In this document: positions 6,314 to 17,212 of the stretch, piece after piece
How the letters are laid out: each line of letters opens with the position of its first letter
Numbering within the stretch: position 1 is the first letter of the stretch
DNA from: Escherichia phage nataliec
Length of the DNA stretch: 64,000 nucleotides
Direction: 5' to 3' (one strand)
Sequence record: MN850611.1
Made by a program: the position numbers and the translations under genes
The notes under the pieces: generated by a model
What the model saw: only the letters and a program-made list of their open reading frames with translations
What the model was told of the DNA's origin: nothing
Database searches by the model: none

Positions 6314-6438
6314 ACAGAGTTATACTTTATAAGAAGCCTTATACAGTATGTCTCTGACGTACATTGTGGTTTCTCCTTGACGGTCTCTGTACCGTCTTTT
6401 TTAAGGGGAAACATGATTAACTATTTGGAGAAAACATA

Positions 6439-6639
6439 ATGAGCGAGACCGTTTATAAAGAACTTTATGAAGCTAATAAGAAGCTAGAATTTATGCAGAA
6501 TACTATCATGGCAATTGCAGACAGATTGTCTGTAGCAACAGGTATTGATATTAAAGAAGCATCTATGGATGCACTTCTTGATGCTGTTGATGCAAAGTTC
6601 GAAGTTAAGAAAGAAGAGACTGCTACAGACTCTGAATAA
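6439..6639 (+). CDS. hypothetical small protein (66 aa)
   Basis: ATG preceded by GGAG; immediately upstream of terminase (small-terminase position, unverified). Confidence 0.45.
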   Translation: MSETVYKELYEANKKLEFMQNTIMAIADRLSVATGIDIKEASMDALLDAVDAKFEVKKEETATDSE

Positions 6640-6660
6640 TTCTATTTGCGGAGGCGCTTA

Positions 6661-8262
6661 ATGGACTTAAATGCTGTTAAGCAGAAGCGAGTGGAAGATG
6701 TTAGGAAAGTCCTAGCTGGAGAGTTGGGGCTTTCTGATGAAGTAAAAGAAATTATTAAATCATTCGGTAAAGACCCCTCTAAATTCCTTCCAACTCAAAT
6801 TCTGACTTTATTAAGATACACACCAGACCAAGTTCGCCTCATCTTTAAATTGATGACTGATAAGAACTATGTAGCCCCTCAACCGGGTTCTCAAGAGGTC
6901 TTTTTAAATACTAATGCTGACTTGGTTCTCTATGGTGGTGCTGCTGGTGCTGGTAAGACTGCTGCATTGTTAATGGACTCTTTAAGATTTATTGAAGACC
7001 CTAACTATAATGCTGTGTATTTCCGTCGAAACACAACACAGTTACAGGGTGGTTTATGGCCTGCTGCAAAGAAACTATTTGGTAAGTTTGGTGGGATTCC
7101 TCACGAGCAGAAAATGACTATCACATTCCCTTCTGGGGCGACTATCAAGTTTACCTACCTAGAACTTGAAAAGCACGCTGAAGGTCATCAGGGTATTGAA
7201 TACTCAGCTATTTACTTTGACGAAGGTACACACTTCTCTGCTTCACAGATTTCATACCTACAAACCCGTCTACGTTCTGGTGCTGAAGGCGATTCATACA
7301 TGAAGATTTCCATGAACCCAGACAGAGACCATTTTATTTATGATTGGGTAGAACCATTCTTAGATGAAGAAGGTTATCCAGACCCTGAAAAGTGTGGTCG
7401 TATTCGTTGGTATGTAATGAACGATGGTGTGATGGTTTCTGATTGGGAGAGAGACAAGATTCTTGAAATGTTCCCTCTTGAGATTCCTCAAACATACACC
7501 TTCATCTCTGGTACGATTGATGATAACCCAATTCTTGACTTCTTAGAACCAAAGTATCGCGGTAAGTTGGAAAACAACACTCCTGTAAACGTTGCAAGAC
7601 TTCGTTTCGGTAACTGGAAGGCTCGTGCAGAAGGTTCAAACTATTGGCAAAGACAATGGTGTGAAATTGTTGATTCACTCCCAGAAGATGTATTCGATGT
7701 CAGAGCATGGGACTTAGCAGCAACTTTACCATCTGAGATTAACCCTAATCCAGACTGGACAGCAGGTGTTAAGATGGGTAAATCTAAAAAAGACGGTTGC
7801 TATTATATCATTGATGTAGTAAGATTTAGAGATAGACCCTCTGGAGTCGAAACACAAATTAATTTGACTGCTGAAAGTGACGGTAAGCGAACTGGTATTT
7901 TTATCCCTCAAGACCCAGGCGCTGCTGGTAAATCCTACGCAACATCCCTTATCAGGAAACTTGCCGAGAAAGGTTATCGAGCAAGAGCTAAACCAACAAA
8001 TAAAGATAAAGTTACCCGATTTGCGGGGTTTTCTGCTGCTTCTGAAGCTGGACTTGTAAAAGTCTTGAGAGGTAGTTGGAACGAAGCTTACTTCCAAGAA
8101 CTTGAAGGCTTTTGTGGTGATGGTAAAACTAAAGATGACCAAGTGGATGCTACCAGTGATGCTTTCAACAGTCTTAACGAAGTTAAATTATTCAAGCCAC
8201 CATCAATGGGTGCTCACACAGACTTAGTGAGAGGAAACCCATATGAGGGGCTTAGACGTTGA
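6661..8262 (+). CDS. terL: terminase large subunit
   Basis: Walker A 'LYGGAAGAGKT'; ~530 aa; directly upstream of portal; ATG at 6661 after GGAGG (track ORF starts at TTG 6646). Confidence 0.8.
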   Translation: MDLNAVKQKRVEDVRKVLAGELGLSDEVKEIIKSFGKDPSKFLPTQILTLLRYTPDQVRLIFKLMTDKNYVAPQPGSQEVFLNTNADLVLYGGAAGAGKTAALLMDSLRFIEDPNYNAVYFRRNTTQLQGGLWPAAKKLFGKFGGIPHEQKMTITFPSGATIKFTYLELEKHAEGHQGIEYSAIYFDEGTHFSASQISYLQTRLRSGAEGDSYMKISMNPDRDHFIYDWVEPFLDEEGYPDPEKCGRIRWYVMNDGVMVSDWERDKILEMFPLEIPQTYTFISGTIDDNPILDFLEPKYRGKLENNTPVNVARLRFGNWKARAEGSNYWQRQWCEIVDSLPEDVFDVRAWDLAATLPSEINPNPDWTAGVKMGKSKKDGCYYIIDVVRFRDRPSGVETQINLTAESDGKRTGIFIPQDPGAAGKSYATSLIRKLAEKGYRARAKPTNKDKVTRFAGFSAASEAGLVKVLRGSWNEAYFQELEGFCGDGKTKDDQVDATSDAFNSLNEVKLFKPPSMGAHTDLVRGNPYEGLRR

Positions 8263-8278
8263 TAGCTAGGTGAGAAGA

Positions 8279-9745
8279 ATGGCAGATATTACAGAAACAC
8301 AAGAAAGCTTACCACCATTTAGAATGGGTGAAGTAGGTTCTTTGGGTCTGAAGGTTAAGAATGGAAGAATCTATGAAGAACCTCGTCAGGCACTAAGGTT
8401 CCCTGAAAGTATTAAAACTTTCCAATTAATGATGCGTGACCCTGCTGTAGCAGCATCTGTAAATATTATTAAGATGTTTGTCAGAAAAGTCAACTGGAGA
8501 TTCGTACCTCCAAAGGGAAAAGAGCAAGACCCTAAAATGCTTGAAAGAGCAGACTTCTTTAATTCTTTAATGGATGACATGGAGCATGATTGGGCAGATT
8601 TTATTAACTCTGTAATGTCATTCTGCACTTATGGGTTCTGTGTTAACGAGAAAGTTTATAAGAAGCGTCAGGGTAAAAAAGGAAAGTACCAGTCAAAATT
8701 TGATGATGGTCTAATTGGATGGGCTAAATTACCAATCAGAAACCAATCAACACTTGATAAGTGGTATTTTGACGAAGACTTTAGAAAAGTTACTGGTGTT
8801 AGACAGAATCTGAGAAATGTTTCACATATTGCTGGAGCAATTAATCTTGGAGAAAGACCACTAACAAGAAAACTTCCACGAGCTAAATTCATGCTGTTTA
8901 AGTATGATGATGAATATGGAAACCCAGAAGGTCGTTCACCATTACTTAATGCCTATGTACCGTGGAAGTATAAAGTTCAGATTGAAGAGTACGAAGCTGT
9001 TGGTGTTTCAAGAGACTTGGTAGGTATGCCAAAGATTGGTTTACCACCAGATTATCTGGATGAAAATGCAGAACCTGAAAAGAAAGCTTTCGTACAATAC
9101 TGCAAAACTGTTGTTAACGATATGATTGCTAATGATAGAGCAGGTTTAATCTGGCCTAGATATATCGACCCAGATACTAAAGAGGATATTTTCGAGTTCT
9201 CATTAGTTTCTAGACAGGGTGCTAAAGCATACGATACAGGTTCTATTATTGACAGATATTCCAAGCAGATTATGATGGCATTTATGTCAGATGTTCTTGC
9301 TATGGGTCAGTCAAAATATGGTTCATTCTCTCTTGCAGATTCTAAGACAAGTTTACTAGCGATGTCAGTAGATATTCTGCTGAAGCAAATTAAGAACGTA
9401 ATTAACCGTGATTTAGTTGCACAGACTTATGCTCTTAATATGTGGGACGATGAAGAACATGTACAAATCACTTACGATGATATCGAAACTCCAGACCTTG
9501 AAGCAATTGGTTCTTATATCCAGAAGACTGTTGCAGTAGGTGCTTTGGAAGTTGACAAAGAGCTATCTAACAAGCTTAGAGAGCATATTGGTCTTCCTCC
9601 TGCTGATGAGTCTCAGCCAGTATCTGAAAAGCTTTCTCCAAATAGTCAAAGCCGTTCAGGAGATGGTTATAAGACCGCTGGAGAAGGTACTGCAAAGACA
9701 CCTTCAGCGAAAGACCCAAGCACAGCAAATAAGGCAAATAAATAA
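8279..9745 (+). CDS. portal protein
   Basis: ~490-aa ORF between terminase and prohead protease; synteny-based. Confidence 0.6.
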   Translation: MADITETQESLPPFRMGEVGSLGLKVKNGRIYEEPRQALRFPESIKTFQLMMRDPAVAASVNIIKMFVRKVNWRFVPPKGKEQDPKMLERADFFNSLMDDMEHDWADFINSVMSFCTYGFCVNEKVYKKRQGKKGKYQSKFDDGLIGWAKLPIRNQSTLDKWYFDEDFRKVTGVRQNLRNVSHIAGAINLGERPLTRKLPRAKFMLFKYDDEYGNPEGRSPLLNAYVPWKYKVQIEEYEAVGVSRDLVGMPKIGLPPDYLDENAEPEKKAFVQYCKTVVNDMIANDRAGLIWPRYIDPDTKEDIFEFSLVSRQGAKAYDTGSIIDRYSKQIMMAFMSDVLAMGQSKYGSFSLADSKTSLLAMSVDILLKQIKNVINRDLVAQTYALNMWDDEEHVQITYDDIETPDLEAIGSYIQKTVAVGALEVDKELSNKLREHIGLPPADESQPVSEKLSPNSQSRSGDGYKTAGEGTAKTPSAKDPSTANKANK

Positions 9746-10245
9746 TGGCTGAAGTTATCTCTATTTCAAATGCTACACGAGTGCATTCGTATAGAGGTGT
9801 TCTTATTATCACTGACAAATTATCTGTAGGGGCTGGCTCAAGGGTCAGCCTTTCAGGTTATGTAAGTGATGGTGGAACCTCTGACGTTTTCACTATTTGT
9901 AGGTTACTTGATGCTCCAATGAGTGGAAAACCGTTTATTTCAGGAAATTGTAGTGAAATTGTTAAAATTCCATTTGACAGTTCATGCCTTTTGGGTGTAA
10001 AGTTATATAACTGCGAGAATAAACGTATCAATGTTAATAGCATTGAAGCCGCTTTCATTACCCTCGACACTGCATTTCAATCTCCAATGACAGTTAATAA
10101 AGAAACAAACAGACTTGAATACATTTTTTCACAAAATGATTACAAAGTACTTGTCAAAGGCAAAGTATATGATATGATTGTAAATGTGGTAGATGAATCT
10201 GGTAACCATTCAACAGTCCTTAAACAAAAAGTAAGGTTTAATTAA
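9745..10245 (+). CDS. hypothetical head-module protein
   Basis: 166-aa ORF, start overlaps portal stop. Confidence 0.45.
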   Translation: MAEVISISNATRVHSYRGVLIITDKLSVGAGSRVSLSGYVSDGGTSDVFTICRLLDAPMSGKPFISGNCSEIVKIPFDSSCLLGVKLYNCENKRINVNSIEAAFITLDTAFQSPMTVNKETNRLEYIFSQNDYKVLVKGKVYDMIVNVVDESGNHSTVLKQKVRFN

Positions 10246-10577
10246 TGGGAACATTAACTATTGATGGTAAGAATAAAATCCTCGCCACGCTAACCCCAAC
10301 GACTATTATTTTACACAATGTAGACCCAACGGCAGACCCTACAGCAAATAAGGTTACTCAGCCAGTGGCTATTTATTTTTCTGAACCGGATAATGGCTTA
10401 ATTGCCTCAGAAGATACAGTTAATATTACTGTTCCAGCTTCTGCAACGGTCTCACACTATAGCTTGTGGGATGCTAACGATAAATGCGTGGCAACTGGTG
10501 CTCTTAGCAAACCTCAATTCTTTGCTGAAGAAGGTATCTATGTTATCTCTTCAGTCTCTGTAGATTTAAACAAATAG
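10245..10577 (+). CDS. hypothetical head-module protein
   Basis: 110-aa ORF, translationally coupled. Confidence 0.45.
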   Translation: MGTLTIDGKNKILATLTPTTIILHNVDPTADPTANKVTQPVAIYFSEPDNGLIASEDTVNITVPASATVSHYSLWDANDKCVATGALSKPQFFAEEGIYVISSVSVDLNK

Positions 10578-10588
10578 GGTGAGTAAAA

Positions 10589-11935
10589 ATGAGTTCGAAT
10601 ATCTTCAGACTTGCTGATAGATTATTCAACCAACCTTTACTAGCCACTGAATCATTAGCTCACTCAGCAGCAACTTATGTGAATAACAGATTGCTGGGTG
10701 ATGTCCAAGCAGCAGTAAACTTTGATAAACCCAAAGGTGAAGCAAGAAGTCTTTTAAAAGTAAAAGATGACATTGCTATTATTCCTATTATGGGTGGTTT
10801 AACCCATCGTATGACATTCATTGATGCAATGTGTACAGGTGGATTAAGCTCTTATGAAGGTTTGCGTAGAGGCTTTGACGAAGCTTTAGCAGATGAGTCA
10901 ATCAAGACTATTGTTCTGCACATCGATTCTGGTGGTGGTGAAGCTTCAGGTTGCTTTGAATTAGCACGTCACATTATGGCTTCAAGAGGCCAAAAGAAAA
11001 TTATTGCTTATGTAGATGAGTTCGCTTGTTCCGCTGCATACGCTCTTGCATCTTCTGCTGAAGAAATTATTGCATCACCAGATGCAGATGTTGGTTCTAT
11101 TGGTGTAATTATGGTTCATCAGGAATTAACTAAGGCATTTGAAAAGAATGGCGTAACAATTAACGTCATCAAAGCTGGTGAGTTTAAAGGTATGGGTTCA
11201 CCATTCCAAGCACTCTCAGAAGAAAGCAAAGAAAGACTTCAAAAGAGAATTAATGATACCTACGCAACCTTTACAGGTTTTGTAGCCGAATCTCGTAATC
11301 TCTCTGAAGAAGCTGTAAAGAATACTGAGGCGAATGTTTATTCTGCTCAGGAAGCTCTTGAACTTGGTTTAATTAATTCAATCATGTCTCAAGATGATTT
11401 CTTAAATTACTTACAAGGTTCTGAAGAGGCTCCTGTAAGTTTAAACGTTAACAATTCAGGTGAAGAAATGACTGAACAAGAAAAGCAAGAACTAGAAGCT
11501 TTGCGTCTTCAGGTTGCTCAAATGAAAGCTAAAGAACAGGAAGCTGCTTTGTCAGATTTGACTAATAAGATTTCTGCTTCTGCTGAAGCTTTTGGATTTG
11601 ATGCAAAAGAAGCTGCAACGACTATTTTAGGTGCTGGTCTTGATAACCCTCTGAGTGTTCTGTTTATGAATGCTATGGAAGGTGCTAACCAGAAACTTAA
11701 TGAAACTATCGCGTCCCATGCTTCTGCAATGGAAGAAAAAGAATCAGAAATTACCAAGCTGAAAGAAACTGCTGGTGCTGTTCTTGAACATTCCAACGCT
11801 ATGGAAGAAATGGGTAATGACGGCGAAGCTGATTTGGTTGAAGAAGAAAAAGAACCAGCTAAGAATGCTTCCGAAGACACCGCTGAACAACGCAAACTGG
11901 CTCTCCAGAATGCTCTAAAATCTCTTATCAAATAA
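10589..11935 (+). CDS. prohead protease (S49/SppA-like) fused to C-terminal coiled-coil scaffold-like domain
   Basis: 'GGGEASGCFELARHI...FACSAAYALASSAEEI' protease core; C-terminal ~200 aa rich in E/K/A heptads. Confidence 0.7.
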   Translation: MSSNIFRLADRLFNQPLLATESLAHSAATYVNNRLLGDVQAAVNFDKPKGEARSLLKVKDDIAIIPIMGGLTHRMTFIDAMCTGGLSSYEGLRRGFDEALADESIKTIVLHIDSGGGEASGCFELARHIMASRGQKKIIAYVDEFACSAAYALASSAEEIIASPDADVGSIGVIMVHQELTKAFEKNGVTINVIKAGEFKGMGSPFQALSEESKERLQKRINDTYATFTGFVAESRNLSEEAVKNTEANVYSAQEALELGLINSIMSQDDFLNYLQGSEEAPVSLNVNNSGEEMTEQEKQELEALRLQVAQMKAKEQEAALSDLTNKISASAEAFGFDAKEAATTILGAGLDNPLSVLFMNAMEGANQKLNETIASHASAMEEKESEITKLKETAGAVLEHSNAMEEMGNDGEADLVEEEKEPAKNASEDTAEQRKLALQNALKSLIK

Positions 11936-11946
11936 GGAACACAATA

Positions 11947-12324
11947 ATGGCATATCAAGGTTTTACTAAGTTAGGTAACAGAGAACCTCTGAATGATATC
12001 ATTCTTTGGGAACAGATTACCCCAACAGGCCACTCTCGTAAAGAGTACACTCCACAGGCATCTACAGAGTATCGTGTAGGTGAAGTTCTGAAAGCAGATG
12101 GTACTAAGGTACAAGCTGGAGAAGAAGCCCAAGCAGACTCTGTATGTATCGTTAATTTCTACGCAGACCTGCAACTGTCTTATCATGGTCAGTTGAAAGT
12201 AGTAGGTATCCACCGTGATGCAGAACTGAAAGACCTGCTAACTCTTGAATCAAGCGTTGATGCTACTGAAGTCAAGAAAGCTCTGGCTGCTAAAGGTATT
12301 GATTTCGTACCAACTGGCCTGTAA
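11947..12324 (+). CDS. hypothetical head protein (decoration-like position)
   Basis: 125-aa ORF between protease and capsid gene. Confidence 0.4.
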   Translation: MAYQGFTKLGNREPLNDIILWEQITPTGHSRKEYTPQASTEYRVGEVLKADGTKVQAGEEAQADSVCIVNFYADLQLSYHGQLKVVGIHRDAELKDLLTLESSVDATEVKKALAAKGIDFVPTGL

Positions 12325-12357
12325 TAACAATAATAAGACATTCTGGAGAATTTTACA

Positions 12358-13461
12358 ATGTTGACTAATTCTGAAAAAAGCAGATTTTTCCTTGCTGACC
12401 TGACTGGTGAAGTCCAGTCTATCCCAAATACTTATGGGTATATTTCCAACTTAGGTCTGTTCCGTTCAGCACCAATCACCCAAACTACTTTCCTTATGGA
12501 CTTGACTGATTGGGATGTTAGCTTGCTTGATGCGGTAGACCGTGATAGCCGTAAAGCAGAGACTAGCGCACCTGAGCGTGTTCGTCAAATCAGCTTCCCA
12601 ATGATGTACTTCAAAGAAGTTGAAAGCATCACTCCTGATGAAATTCAGGGTGTACGTCAGCCAGGCACTGCAAACGAACTGACTACTGAAGCTGTAGTAC
12701 GTGCTAAGAAGCTGATGAAGATTCGTACCAAGTTCGATATTACTCGTGAGTTCCTGTTTATGCAAGCTCTGAAGGGTAAAGTTGTTGATGCTCGTGGTAC
12801 TCTGTATGCTGACCTGTACAAGCAGTTCGACGTTGAGAAGAAAACTGTTTACTTCGACCTTGACAACCCTAATGCTGACATCGACGCTTCTATTGAAGAA
12901 CTGCGTATGCACATGGAAGACGAAGCTAAGACTGGCACTGTAATCAACGGTGAAGAAATTCACGTAGTTGTTGACCGTGTATTCTTCAGCAAACTGGTTA
13001 AGCATCCTAAGATTCGTGACGCTTATCTTGCACAGCAGACTCCGCTGGCTTGGCAACAGATTACTGGTTCTCTGAGAACTGGTGGTACTGACGGCGTTCA
13101 GGCTCACATGAACACCTTCTACTACGGTGGTGTTAAGTTTGTCCAGTACAACGGTAAGTTCAAAGACAAGCGTGGTAAGGTTCATACTCTGGTGAGCATT
13201 GATGGTGCTGGTGCAGAGGTTGGTGTAGGACACGCTTTCCCTAACGTTTCTATGCTTGGTGAAGCAAACAACATCTTCGAAGTGGCTTATGGTCCATGTC
13301 CTAAGATGGGTTACGCAAATACACTTGGTCAGGAACTGTACGTATTCGAATATGAAAAAGACCGTGACGAAGGTATTGACTTCGAAGCTCACTCTTACAT
13401 GCTGCCATACTGTACTCGTCCTCAGTTGCTGGTAGATGTTCGTGCTGACGCTAAAGACTAA
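12358..13461 (+). CDS. major capsid protein (putative)
   Basis: 367-aa ORF after protease/scaffold; strong codon usage; synteny. Confidence 0.6.
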   Translation: MLTNSEKSRFFLADLTGEVQSIPNTYGYISNLGLFRSAPITQTTFLMDLTDWDVSLLDAVDRDSRKAETSAPERVRQISFPMMYFKEVESITPDEIQGVRQPGTANELTTEAVVRAKKLMKIRTKFDITREFLFMQALKGKVVDARGTLYADLYKQFDVEKKTVYFDLDNPNADIDASIEELRMHMEDEAKTGTVINGEEIHVVVDRVFFSKLVKHPKIRDAYLAQQTPLAWQQITGSLRTGGTDGVQAHMNTFYYGGVKFVQYNGKFKDKRGKVHTLVSIDGAGAEVGVGHAFPNVSMLGEANNIFEVAYGPCPKMGYANTLGQELYVFEYEKDRDEGIDFEAHSYMLPYCTRPQLLVDVRADAKD

Positions 13462-13482
13462 TATTCTTAAGGAGGGTTATGA

Positions 13483-13932
13483 ATGTGTTATACAGGCGAC
13501 CCAGCCAATAACCCTCTTGATAGAGTAAGAATCCTCTGCACAGACACCAATAATGATGAAATTCTTATTGAACAGTCTGTGCTAGAGTGGTTCTATCTAG
13601 AATCTGGAAAGGATGAAAAGAAAGCAGCCATCAAAGCTCTTAAATATTTACTCTTTCAAGTAGCCAAGATGGGAGATGAGAAGGTTGGTGGTGTTTATTT
13701 ACGTAACTCTTCCAGATTCAAATCTCTGAAAGCTGTTTATGACGACCTTGTTAAAAGCTCTGTTTCAGGACTACCCTATGCAGGTGGTATTAATCAGTGT
13801 GACATTGATATGCGTCGTCAGAATCCTTGCTCTGTCAAGAAATACACAGAATATGGTGATGCTGCCAGATACGAAGGCAGAGATTACTGCAACCGTGTTA
13901 ATGGCGTATTTATTATCGAGCGAGATGAATAA
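13483..13932 (+). CDS. hypothetical head-tail connector/neck protein
   Basis: RBS GGAGGG; position. Confidence 0.4.
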   Translation: MCYTGDPANNPLDRVRILCTDTNNDEILIEQSVLEWFYLESGKDEKKAAIKALKYLLFQVAKMGDEKVGGVYLRNSSRFKSLKAVYDDLVKSSVSGLPYAGGINQCDIDMRRQNPCSVKKYTEYGDAARYEGRDYCNRVNGVFIIERDE

Positions 13933-14414
13933 TGGTTAAAAGGGTTATTCACCCCGCTAGAGCAAAATTAGTCGGGGCTATGAAGAACTTGCAAACGGCT
14001 AATGCTCAAGTTGGGTATTTTCAAGAACAAGGTCAACATAGCTCTGGTTTTTCTTATCCTGCTTTAATGTATTTACAAGAAGTTATTGGGGTTCCTTCAG
14101 CTTCTGGTAAAGTATATCGTAGGTTGTTTGAAATCACTATGATGCTAAACAGACAGACCTTGTTAGAGCAGACTAAGAAGAATCTATATAAGCAACTTAG
14201 CAGTCTCAACGTAGACCCCTCAGATACCTTAGAAGCATTTGCAAAGAATGCTCAAAAGGCAATTAAAAGAGGTTTTGGTAATTCTGCTATCCTCCCTCCT
14301 AACGCACCTTCCACAGTCAAGAAAAAAGGCTTTAATGCACCTCTTGTTGAGACAGGTGACTTAAGGGATAACCTTGCTTATAAAATTTCTACTAAGAAGG
14401 GTATTAAAAAATGA
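13932..14414 (+). CDS. hypothetical neck/head completion protein
   Basis: track ORF, coupled starts. Confidence 0.4.
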   Translation: MVKRVIHPARAKLVGAMKNLQTANAQVGYFQEQGQHSSGFSYPALMYLQEVIGVPSASGKVYRRLFEITMMLNRQTLLEQTKKNLYKQLSSLNVDPSDTLEAFAKNAQKAIKRGFGNSAILPPNAPSTVKKKGFNAPLVETGDLRDNLAYKISTKKGIKK

Positions 14415-14812
14415 GGCTCTTAAACAGACACAGCTTTGTAGTAAAGCGTAAAGTCTCTGAAGACGGTTATTATAATGACGATGGTGATTGGGTAGCTTCA
14501 CAAGATATTGTAGAGGTTAACTGTAAAGGTAATATCCAGCCATATATCAAAGGCTCTGTAAAGAACGGTACACAGATTGCTTTACCGGAAGGTATTAGAC
14601 TAACCGATACAAGAATCCTGTATACTACATATAAACTTAGAACTTCAGATGATGTAGAGTGGAATGAGTCTGATATTGTTATGATTGATGGTCATGAGTA
14701 TGAAGTATTTATGACTATGGATTGGTCACAGCAATTAGCCCATACATCCCATTATGAATATATCATTATTAGAAGGGATAAAATGAATGCAGTTAGAAAC
14801 AGCAGAACTTGA
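14411..14812 (+). CDS. hypothetical neck protein
   Basis: track ORF. Confidence 0.4.
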   Translation: MRLLNRHSFVVKRKVSEDGYYNDDGDWVASQDIVEVNCKGNIQPYIKGSVKNGTQIALPEGIRLTDTRILYTTYKLRTSDDVEWNESDIVMIDGHEYEVFMTMDWSQQLAHTSHYEYIIIRRDKMNAVRNSRT

Positions 14813-15386
14813 AAAAGGTCTAGTTAGAACCTTAGTGGATGTTATTGGTCACAGATTAGCTCGTGATAAAAATAATAGACCAAACGTAATTAGAGCTTAC
14901 CCTTCTGATAACTCAAATGACAAAGGTTTAAAACCTGACCAGCCATTTATTACCGTATATTGTCAAGATGCTGCAACACCTTATGGTTGGGTTCTTGATA
15001 AGTTTGTTGAAGATGATGTAGTTTGTTACAGAATCGCTTTTCAGATTCCTGTATTGATTACGGTAAATGGTAAAGGTGCTCACAGTATTATGCTTGAGCT
15101 TAAACAAAGATTAGAGATGAGTTCAGTCAGAGATTTAATCCTTGAAGAAACAGGAGCTACAGTATTAGACACTGGAGCAATCCCTAACGATTACACTTAT
15201 CTCAATACAGATTTCGAAAATTCTGCGCCTCTTGTTGTAACTCTTGTAAAAAACTCAGTCCTGAAAGATGAACGTGGAAGTATTATTGAGCGTGTCATTG
15301 TTGATGGTGAGTTGGTTTATGAAGAAGGGCAAGAGCCACCAGAATATACTATCCATCTAGATGTAGACTCCAAAGGGGTAAAATAA
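14787..15386 (+). CDS. hypothetical tail completion protein
   Basis: track ORF. Confidence 0.4.
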   Translation: MQLETAELEKGLVRTLVDVIGHRLARDKNNRPNVIRAYPSDNSNDKGLKPDQPFITVYCQDAATPYGWVLDKFVEDDVVCYRIAFQIPVLITVNGKGAHSIMLELKQRLEMSSVRDLILEETGATVLDTGAIPNDYTYLNTDFENSAPLVVTLVKNSVLKDERGSIIERVIVDGELVYEEGQEPPEYTIHLDVDSKGVK

Positions 15387-16739
15387 ATGTGGAATCCAAT
15401 TGTTAATGTAGATATTACATTGAACACCGCAGGAACTACAAGAGAAGGTTTTGGTTTGCCACTATTCTTAGCTTCAACAGATAACTTTGAAGAAAGAGTG
15501 CGTGGTTATACTTCCTTAACTGAAGTTGCTGAAGATTTCGATGAGAATACTGCTGCATATAAGGCTGCTAAACAACTTTGGAGTCAGACTCCTAAAGTAA
15601 CTCAGCTTTATATTGGTAGACGCGCTATGCAGTACACTGTATCAATTCCTGATGCCGTTACCGAAAGTACAGACTACTCAATTACTGTAGCTGTTGGTGG
15701 TGGAATTTCTCAACCATACCAGTACACAGCACAAGATTCAGACACTGCTGAGGTAGTGTTGCAACAGTTTAAAACACAGATTGAAGCTGACCCAACAATC
15801 AAAGATAAGGTTTCTGTGAATGTAACTGGTAGCAATGGCTCTGCCACAATGATTATTACCAAAGCTGGTGATAATGACTTTGTGAAAGTAACAACCACAG
15901 CACAGACTGTATATATTGCAAGTACAACTGCTGATACAGCAGCAACTGCTCTGGCAGCTATCGAAGCTTACTCTACTGACTGGTATTTCATTGCAGCAGA
16001 AGACAGAACTCAACAGTTTGTCTTAGCAATGGCTTCTGAGATTCAGGCTCGTAAGAAAATCTTCTTTACAGCTAACTCCGATGTAACAGCCCTGCAAGGT
16101 ACAGAATTAGCCAGTGCAAATGATGTTCCAGCACAGCTTGCTAAGAATATGTACACTCGTACAGTTTGCTTGTGGCATCACGCAGCAGCAGAAGATTACC
16201 CAGAGATGGCATACATTGCTTATGGTGCTCCATATGATGCAGGTTCAATTGCTTGGGGTAATGCTCAACTAACTGGTGTAGCAGCTTCTCTACAACCATC
16301 TAATCAGAGACCTCTGACAAGTATTCAGAAGTCTGCTTTAGATGTACGTCACTGTAACTTTATTGACCTTGATGGTGGTGTTCCAGTGGTTCGTAGAGGG
16401 ATTACTTCTGGTGGGGAATGGATTGATATCGTCCGTGGTGTTGACTGGTTGGAATCAGACCTGAAAACTTCTCTGAGAGACTTGCTAATTAACCAGAAGG
16501 GTGGTAAGATTACTTATGATGATACTGGTATTACCCGTATTCGTCAAGTCATTGAAACCTCTCTGCAAAGAGCAGTCAACAGAAACTTCCTGTCATCTTA
16601 CACAGTTAATGTTCCTAAAGCCTCTCAAGTTGCTTTAGCAGACAAGAAAGCTCGTATCCTGAAAGATGTTACCTTCGCAGGTATCTTAGCAGGGGCTATC
16701 TTGGATGTTGACTTGAAAGGTACAGTGGCTTACGAATAA
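15387..16739 (+). CDS. tail sheath protein (putative)
   Basis: 450-aa ORF followed by 148-aa tube-like ORF, two small chaperone ORFs and tape measure: myovirus sheath-tube-chaperone-TMP order. Confidence 0.45.
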   Translation: MWNPIVNVDITLNTAGTTREGFGLPLFLASTDNFEERVRGYTSLTEVAEDFDENTAAYKAAKQLWSQTPKVTQLYIGRRAMQYTVSIPDAVTESTDYSITVAVGGGISQPYQYTAQDSDTAEVVLQQFKTQIEADPTIKDKVSVNVTGSNGSATMIITKAGDNDFVKVTTTAQTVYIASTTADTAATALAAIEAYSTDWYFIAAEDRTQQFVLAMASEIQARKKIFFTANSDVTALQGTELASANDVPAQLAKNMYTRTVCLWHHAAAEDYPEMAYIAYGAPYDAGSIAWGNAQLTGVAASLQPSNQRPLTSIQKSALDVRHCNFIDLDGGVPVVRRGITSGGEWIDIVRGVDWLESDLKTSLRDLLINQKGGKITYDDTGITRIRQVIETSLQRAVNRNFLSSYTVNVPKASQVALADKKARILKDVTFAGILAGAILDVDLKGTVAYE

Positions 16740-16754
16740 TAGAGGTAAATTGGA

Positions 16755-17201
16755 ATGGCTATGTATCAGCAATATTCCCCTAAAGACGTTGTATGTAGCT
16801 GGAACGGCATTGCTATTGAAGGCTTTGCTCCAGACTCATTCTTGCGTCTACAGAGAACATCACCACTTGTGACACCAGTTGTTGGTGCAGGTGGTCAAGT
16901 GGCTCTGACAAGAAATGCAGACAAGACAGGTACTATTGAGATTGAGTTAATGCAGACTTCTCTCTCTAACCAGATGCTTTCTGCAATTCAAGCTAAACAA
17001 GACAATATGGAACTTGAAGAAGATATCTCTTCTAACTTCGTAATCTACGACCCATCAGGCTCTGTTCTGGCAACTGGTATTAACGCTTGGTTGCAGGAGT
17101 TACCACAGATTGAACTTGGTCGTGACCAGAACTCTAAAACTTGGATTTTTGGTTGTGAGAAGTTAGACTACACTTCTACAATTCCAGCGTCAAGTGTTTA
17201 A
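16755..17201 (+). CDS. tail tube protein (putative)
   Basis: synteny; followed by strong terminator. Confidence 0.45.
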   Translation: MAMYQQYSPKDVVCSWNGIAIEGFAPDSFLRLQRTSPLVTPVVGAGGQVALTRNADKTGTIEIELMQTSLSNQMLSAIQAKQDNMELEEDISSNFVIYDPSGSVLATGINAWLQELPQIELGRDQNSKTWIFGCEKLDYTSTIPASSV

Positions 17202-17212
17202 TAAATCCTATA

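Noticed and set aside
12466-13392. 308-aa ORF on the minus strand entirely inside the major capsid gene
   Set aside because: Fully antisense to a strongly supported structural gene in a uniformly plus-strand module; no RBS context; typical antisense artefact.
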